NCBI GenBank assembly: GCA_951406725.2
Contig: OX597832.1
Coordinates: forward strand, 7,378,001 to 7,442,000
DNA: 64,000 bases
Direction: 5' to 3'
Origin: Octopus vulgaris
Lineage: Eukaryota
Shown: one piece after another, positions 55,810 through 64,000 of the stretch
How the letters are laid out: every line of letters begins with the position of its first letter
How positions within the stretch are numbered: the first letter of the stretch is position 1
Notes under the pieces: model-generated
The model's database searches: none
What the model saw: the letters and a program-made list of their open reading frames with translations, nothing else
What the model was told of the DNA's origin: nothing
Translations under genes and position numbers: made by a program

Positions 55810-56007
55810 CTATGTACATGTGCATTCATATACATTTACACATACACACACATTCACTTAGATACAAGATATATGTATATACATACAAATATATTCAAAC
55901 GTTTTTTATTGATGTTAGGCAGACATTACTGGGTGACTCAAAGTCCAAGAGTTTTGCGCTTTGTTGTGCGTACTATTTTTCTGTATGCATCACCAAAACA
56001 CACACAC

Positions 56008-56106
56008 ACATATACAAGAAAAATATTGCCTCTATTTATGGAGACAAAAGGGTTTATAAGACAGCAAAACAGCAGTGCTCAAATGAAATTCTGACAGAGA
56101 TAAGTA
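56008..56106 (+). repeat. About 95-bp unit duplicated at 56698-56792, both (TA)n-flanked
   Basis: caagaaaa.tattgcctctatttatggagacaaaagggtttataagacagcaaaa in both. Confidence 0.85.
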
Positions 56107-56118
56107 TATATATGTATG

Positions 56119-56202
<84 letters not shown>

Positions 56203-56243
56203 ACACATACACACATACACACACACATATTTATATATATATA

Positions 56244-56490
56244 TTGGGTTGCTATAGAATTATTGCGGCTTTTTTCAACAAATTTTATTCAACAAAAACA
56301 ATAGCAATATTTAACAAAAGCATTTTTAAATGACGTTCTGACCGCCTGCCAAGAAAATGGGAAGCAGTAATTGAAGTGGATGGTGAATATGCTCCGGAAT
56401 AATTATTTAAAGATGTTTTTGTTACATGTTGTTATTGTTTTTGTTGAATAAAATTTGTTGCAAAAAAGCCGCAATAATTATGCACGAACT

Positions 56491-56493
<3 letters not shown>
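56244..56493 (+). mobile_element. mariner-derived MITE (Hsmar1/cecropia-like TIRs) in (TA)n
   Basis: Inverted ends of about 65 bp ttgggttgctatagaattattgcggc; internal DRLPRKWEAVIEVDGEYAPE* equals a mariner transposase C-terminus. Confidence 0.85.
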
Positions 56494-56527
<34 letters not shown>

Positions 56528-56652
56528 ATCAGCAACAATTTAGATTCAAATGAATATGTTACTTAATTTAGATGCACCAGAATTTTGTATGGTGTTACCC
56601 ATAAAAATTTGCGGGGTGATTATAATAAAAAATAAGCAACAAGAATGATTCC

Positions 56653-56692
<40 letters not shown>

Positions 56693-56788
56693 TATATACA
56701 CAAGAAAATATTGCCTCTATTTATGGAGACAAAAGGGTTTATAAGACAGCAAAAAAGAAGTGCTCAAACGAAATTCAGACAGAGACAA

Positions 56789-56847
<59 letters not shown>

Positions 56848-57551
56848 AGTATTGTGTTAGTCGACCGGTTTAGCTAATCATGATATCGATAGTATTGTGA
56901 TTTCGTAGTTTCTTAAGTTTTTAGTCCATGTTCTTATATGAACATTTGTGAATGAATCAAGTAGAAAAATCTAAGGGGAGGTAATTGGTGACTGTTATTA
57001 TTCGGGACAGGGGAGGTAATGGCCCATTTTTATGGGGTGGGAGGTTAAATTAACATAACATATATCCATAGGCTAAAATAGTGGCATGAAATATGTACAG
57101 TGATGGATATGCAATCATGAATTGAAATATATACTGAGTCTAAACTAGGTTATGCGTTCATATTTAGATATTCTCTGTATTTTTCGATAAATAAATTTAC
57201 TTTATTTAAATGTTCATGTACAGAAATTCTTCCCTTGCATTGGTAGATGGGGAAAACCGTGAAATTTGGTTGGGGATTCCCTGCACATCTCTTTATTTGT
57301 TCACTCAATGACATCTATCTTAAAACTATGTAAACTGAGTGCATTTTCCTTCTTTTATGACATATATATATATATATTTTATTACAACTCACCACGAGGG
57401 GATAATCGGAATTCTCTTTCTCCTATATATATATATAATAGTGGTTTTGTCTCTAATTAATATTATATAATATTTTACTATAAAATTGGATTCAATCCTA
57501 AATCTGATTTTTCCCTGTAAATTTGGATGTATTCCCTAATATTTATTATTA

Positions 57552-57847
<296 letters not shown>

Positions 57848-58196
57848 TCCAAGTTCATTCCATATTTATGAGCTTCCGTATTCGACTCAATTGCAAGATA
57901 AATTGAGCCAGGGTCGGCTCGAACCCCGAGAGTGATACTGTAATGAATACCTTCAGATGGATTATACTTATACAGTATTGCGCATATTATATATGTGTGT
58001 ATATGTACACGCACACATACATATATACATACATATATATGTATCTACATACATACATAAATATATATGTATATGTATAATTATATATATATATTATTGC
58101 ATACTCAAATACATATTATATATAAATATAAGCATTAGTATATATATATACATACACACATACATATATATAACATATATATATATGTATATATAT

Positions 58197-58272
<76 letters not shown>

Positions 58273-58316
58273 GCATACCCAGTCTCACACATACGCACAC
58301 ACGAGTTTATAATGCA

Positions 58317-58347
<31 letters not shown>

Positions 58348-58511
58348 CAACAACAACAGAATTGTTAATACTAACATGCTTTTCAGTATTATGGCCACAA
58401 GGCCTGAGGATGAGGCGACATTAATAAAAATATGTTTCCTTTGAAGTATACGACATTAAGTTATTTTGTTTTGCTACGATGGAAAGGCTAGGATCCAATC
58501 TCCCTCCATCT

Positions 58512-58820
<309 letters not shown>

Positions 58821-59331
58821 AATCTGTTGTTATTGTTGTACTTATTGTTGCTGTCATTTTCTTTTTCTTTTCCACTTCTCGTGGATGTTAAATATTAGTT
58901 TTAGCATCAAATATTTTCTCAGACATTATGCATTTATCTCTTACACTTCCTTGAAAACCCGCTTTAAACATGTCTATTTATTGCACATATTTGCAGCTAT
59001 TTGCATTCATGTTGTTTCGTTTTTGTGTTTCGTTTCAAATCAGTTTATTCTATATTCTTGTTGCGTCTTGCTGTTTTATTGTCGTTGTTCTTGATTCTTT
59101 CGTTGTTGATGTTACTGTTGTTGTAGATGTTTCATTCCTTTTTAATTTTACTGACTTTTCTGTCGAATATTTTTTATCATCTCTCTCTCTTTTGATCATA
59201 TATAAATCAAACTTATAAATAGCTTTCATTAAGATATGTCTTCAGTTCTATAAAATATTTCCTGTGAATCCTATATTAAATGTTAATATTTTACTATTAC
59301 GTCGAAGCTTTGAAATAATTGTTTTCCAGAA

Positions 59332-59527
59332 CAGGCGCAGACGTGGCGGCGTGGTAAAAAGCTTGCCTCTCAACCACCCGGTTCCAAGTTCAGTCACACT
59401 CTGTGACACTGTGGGCAAGTTTCTTTTACTATAGCCTAGGTCCGATCAAAGCATTGTGAGTGAATTTGGTAGCCTCTCTCTCTTTCTCTCTCTCTCTCTA
59501 TCTATATAGTCTACCAAATCCACTCAT

Positions 59528-59608
<81 letters not shown>

Positions 59609-59723
59609 TAAAAAGATAGAAACAATCAGTCAGAACTTTCGATAATTCTTTATGAGCGCTTAAGAATTGCCTCCTTCTTGTTAATATACACTATCTATAC
59701 ATCACTTCAAACACTCAATACAT

Positions 59724-59788
<65 letters not shown>

Positions 59789-60050
59789 AACGCATACATA
59801 CACATATATATATATAGATAGATATGTGTGTGTCTTTGTGTGTTTGTCTCCCACCACCGCTTGGCAAACGGTGTTGGTGTGCTTACGTTCCCGTAATCTA
59901 GTAGTTCGGCAAAGGAGATCGATAAAATAAGTACCAGGATTTAAAAAGAATATAATTACTGTGGTCAATTCATTCGACTAAAAATTCTAAATGCCATGCC
60001 CCGGCATGGCCGCAACCTAATGGCTGAAATAAGTAAAAGATATAAAATAG
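59332..60050 (+). mobile_element. Rearranged SINE B (head 59332-59475, short inverted piece about 59508-59527, tail 59820-60050)
   Basis: Head and tail match family B; gtctaccaaatccactca is the inverse of tgagtgaatttggtag. Confidence 0.65.
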
Positions 60051-60469
60051 AACGTAAAACAAAATTCTTTGCAGTACTTATGGTCCTTTACATTGTGTGT
60101 TCAAATCCCACCAAGGTAGACTTGGCTGCTTTCCATTCCGCAATCAATAAAATAAAATACCGGACGCCGGGCGAAATGCTTAGCAATATTTCGTCTGCCG
60201 TTACGTTCTGAGTTCAAATCAATGTATTTGATTTAATCCCTTTGTCTGTCCTTGTTTGTCCCCTTGTGGGCAATAAAGAAATAAAATTAAAATACCGGTG
60301 AAAATACTGGTGACGTCATTTTCGTTGATTATCCTTTCTTTTTGAGTTTTGTGGCTTTGTATCAATGTTAGAAACGAACATTGCACTATTGATTACTTAA
60401 CGTTCTGAGTTCAAATCCTGTCGAGGCCACCATCATGTTTTCTCGTTCTGGGTCGATAAAATATTTTCT

Positions 60470-61306
60470 AATTTTGGCACAAAGCTTGCTGCTTAAGTGG
60501 GTGGAGTTTAGACGAATAGTTTTATCCCAATACTGAATGTTACTTCATTTTGTCGACACTCGGAAGATGAAGAGTAAAGTTGATCTTGGTGGAATTTGAA
60601 ATAAGAACATCGAGGACTGGAAGAACTACTAGTTTCAAACATTGGCATGGGGAGATCGATTTCGAGGGAACGCTAAGTCGATTACATTGACCTCAGTGCT
60701 CAACTGATACTTATTTTATCGACTCTGAAAGGATGAAAGGCAAAGTCGATTCCGGCGGCGTTTGAACTCAGAACGTAAAGTCGGAAGAAAATGCTGCTGT
60801 GCACGCTTCGCATTATTGTCCGGCGTGCTAACGATTCTGCCATCTTGCCACCTTTAAGACTAGAAGTAATACTGATTTTTAAATCTTGGCACAAGGCCAG
60901 CAATTTCTGGGGAGGAGATTAATCGATTACATCGACCCCAGTGTTCAACTGGTACTTATTTTATCTACTCAGAGAGGATGGAAGTCAAAATCAACCTCGG
61001 TCGAATTTGAACTCAGAACGTAAAGACACAAAATGCAGTTAACCATTTTTCCTTGTGTGCTAAATATTATGCTAGCTCGCCGCCTTAAAGACTGGAAGAA
61101 ATATTGGCTTCAAATTTTTGCACAAAGCAGCAATTCTGGAGAAGGATAATTCGATTACATTGAACCCAATCCTCAATTTTATCGACCCTCAGAGGATGAA
61201 AGGCAAAGTCGACTTTGGAGGTGTTTGAACTGAGAGAGTAAAGACGGACGAAATGCCGCTAGGCATTTTGCCCGTCGTGCTGACGATTCTGCCAGCTCAC
61301 CGCCTT
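60470..61306 (-). mobile_element. Array of four diverged SINE A tail-2 copies
   Basis: Units at about 60470-60625, 60635-60855, 60880-61087 and 61108-61306, separated by an aagact(g/a)gaag.aata motif. Confidence 0.8.
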
Positions 61307-61914
61307 CCGTGTCGATAAACTATAACGCTAGTGAAGTGCTGATGAGGTCATTTTAATCGATTAAACACACTCACTATATTTTGTGGTTTTGTATCACATA
61401 TTCAAAAAGAGGATTATATGACTGGCACTGGAGTTCGAATCCCACAGAAGCCAATTTTGTCTTTCTTCCTTCTAGGAGGTGGAGTCAATAAAATAAAGTA
61501 CCAGCCAAGTACTGGGGTTGACTTAATCGACTCTTTCTCTACCTCCAAAACTTGTAGCCTTGTGCTTATATTATAAAACCACTGACACATTAATTATTTA
61601 ACCAATGCTAGGTTGTCTATTAAATTGGTTTTTGTTGTTTAACCTGAGATCACCAAAAGCGTTCCAGCTGCGACCACACCGGCTTATTTTTGTGGAGCAA
61701 AGTCTACAATGTCTTTTTTTTTATTTATGAGTAGAGTGTGATTTACATGAAGTTTGATTGCTTTTTCTTGAAGGTCATTAGAACGTAAGTAAAGACCCTT
61801 CGGCCTTCAATCTGTTGAAATTGTCGGAAAGTCACGTTCGTATCTCTGTGATCGACGTTATATTGCCTCAGCTTATATTTCAATTTGTTAATATTGTTTG
61901 TTGTATAACACTAT

Positions 61915-62215
61915 GAAGACACGTACCTTAGCATTTAGGATATTCGGTTTACGATCGTAAGGTTACGAGTTCGATTCCCGGAAGCGTGTCGTATCCTCGA
62001 GCAAGACACTTTATTTCTCGTTGTTTCAGTCACCTCAGCTGAAAAAAAATGAATTGTTCCCGTAATTCAAAGTACCATACTTGTCACATTCTGTATCCCG
62101 TTGAAAGTATGCATGTGTTTGGAGTGCTCAGCCACTTGCTCTTTTATTTCATGGACGGGTTGTTCTATCGATCGGATCAACTGGAATATTACTTGTCATA
62201 AGCGGTGGAGAGCCA
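61915..62215 (+). mobile_element. Diverged SINE C (head C2, RTE-type tail)
   Basis: Degenerate match to 13452-13751. Confidence 0.65.
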
Positions 62216-62360
62216 GCCGTGTGTAACACTAATTCAATCTTTGATTTAACAATCGCAAACAAGCAAACCAGTGAATGACAAACTACTTCATGGTAACTTT
62301 TGAAAATTTGGCTATTTCTAAAAGAACGAGCGATAACATATACTCCTGTCATTGACTCGG

Positions 62361-62451
<91 letters not shown>

Positions 62452-62464
62452 ATATATATATATA

Positions 62465-62829
62465 AAGGCGCAGGAGTGGCTGTGTGGTAAGAAGCTTAAA
62501 TTCCACTGCGTGGCACCTTGGCAGCTGTCTTCTACGATAGCTTCGGGCTGACCAAGCCTTGTGAGTGGGTTTGGTAGACGGAAACTGAAAGAAGACTGTC
62601 ATATATATATGCATGTATGTATGTGTGTGTTTGTGCGTCTGTGTTTGTTCCCCCACCATTACTTGAAAACCGATGCTGGTTTGTTTAAGTCTTCGTAACG
62701 GCGGTTGGGTAAAAGAATCAATAGAATAAGTTCATAAATAATAAGTCCTGGAATCGATTTGTTCGACTAAAGTCGGTGCGCCAGCATGTTCGCAGTCAAA
62801 TGACTGAAACAAGTAAAAGAGTAAAAGAG

Positions 62830-62830
<1 letters not shown>
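62465..62830 (+). mobile_element. SINE family B
   Basis: aggcgcaggagtggctgtgtggtaag head; tail gactgaaacaagtaaaagagtaaaagag. Confidence 0.85.
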
Positions 62831-62872
<42 letters not shown>

Positions 62873-62999
62873 CACCACACACAAAAGTACACAAATGGAG
62901 ACACACATCCATACATAACAGACGTATGTACATAGTCACACGAACCCATACACATAGACACATTCAAACACGCAAACACGCACATAAGGAGGCAAAGAG

Positions 63000-63076
<77 letters not shown>

Positions 63077-63145
63077 TACATGAATATCCAAAATACATAC
63101 ATACACACGTATATATATATGCACATACACACACAGTAGTAGCAA

Positions 63146-63441
63146 CAGGAGCACTCCATCGGTTACGACGACGAATGTCCCAGTTGATACGATCAACAGA
63201 ACATCTTGCTCGTGAAATTAACGTGCAAGTGGCTGAGAACTCCACAGACACGTGTATCCTTAACATATTTCTTAGGGAGATTCAGCGTGACACAGAGCGT
63301 GACAAGGCTGACCCTTTGAAATACACGCACTACTCATTTTTGTCAGCTGAGCAACGTGAAATAAAGTGTCTTGCTCAAGGACACAACGCGTAGCCGGGAA
63401 CCGAACTCACGACCTTACGATCGTAAGCCAAATGCCCTAAC
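63146..63441 (-). mobile_element. SINE family C (head C2, RTE-type tail)
   Basis: Matches 40325-40660. Confidence 0.85.
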
Positions 63442-63524
63442 CACTAAGTAATGCGCCTTCAAATACACACACATAATACATACATACATACATACATACA
63501 TACATACAGACAGACAGACAGACA

Positions 63525-63742
63525 GACACGTGTATCCATAACGTAGTTCTCAGGGAGATTCAGTGTGGCAATAAGTACAATACAGGTACAATAGAAAGAG
63601 GAAGGAAGAATGAGAGAAAATTGTGGTGAAAGAGTACAGCAGGGTTCGTCACCACTCCCTGGTGGAGCCTCGTGGAGCTGTAAGTATTTTCGCGCAATAA
63701 ACACTCACAACGTCCGGTCAGGAAATCGAAACCGCGATCCCA
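63525..63742 (-). mobile_element. SINE family C (head C1) partial
   Basis: Matches 50310-50550. Confidence 0.75.
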
Positions 63743-64000
63743 ACGTGGACAGCGACTTCAGCCCCGTTGTAGATAGATTATAGCCAATAATCGCCCGGCT
63801 GGTATACTTTACTTAACAACATACTCTTGATCCTAGATAGAAGTCCCTTTTCTTACCTAGGGACAAAGTTAACCCCTAGAAATACCAACCCACTCTGCAA
63901 TTATGTCAGCCGGCTTACCTCCCTCCCTCCTCTGGCATGTGTTTAAATTTAGTTGTTGCTTATACCTAACTTTTATTCCTTTGTTGATTGCCTGGTGATG

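Overview
AT-rich, extremely microsatellite-dense eukaryotic DNA, most likely an octopus (coleoid cephalopod) intergenic or large-intron region, judged from its SINE families and repeat landscape. No host protein-coding exon could be supported, and nearly all ORFs in the supplied track are translated simple repeats. The window is a dense record of mobile elements. It holds a young 5'-truncated Tx1-clade L1 retrotransposon with an uninterrupted RT/zf-RVT frame inserted in a (TCTA)n array, two R4/Dong-type 3' fragments (one in (TAA)n), three RTE remnants, and Penelope-like remnants plus many short (TA)n-flanked elements carrying minimal hammerhead ribozyme folds. DNA transposon relics include DD37D mariner/maT, Tc1, a mariner MITE, pogo/Tigger-like MITEs, a hAT MITE and a Chapaev3-like transposase. 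At least three tRNA-derived SINE families are present in many copies. The most interesting signals are: (1) a SINE whose tail matches the 3' end of the Tx1 element and which repeatedly joins into its own tRNA-like head, forming tandem arrays; (2) a GATA-repeat-embedded Tx1; (3) head/tail module shuffling among SINEs, with one tail matching the RTE 3' end seen in the window; (4) several hammerhead ribozymes, including families with non-canonical cores. Family names come from recalled motifs, not database searches.
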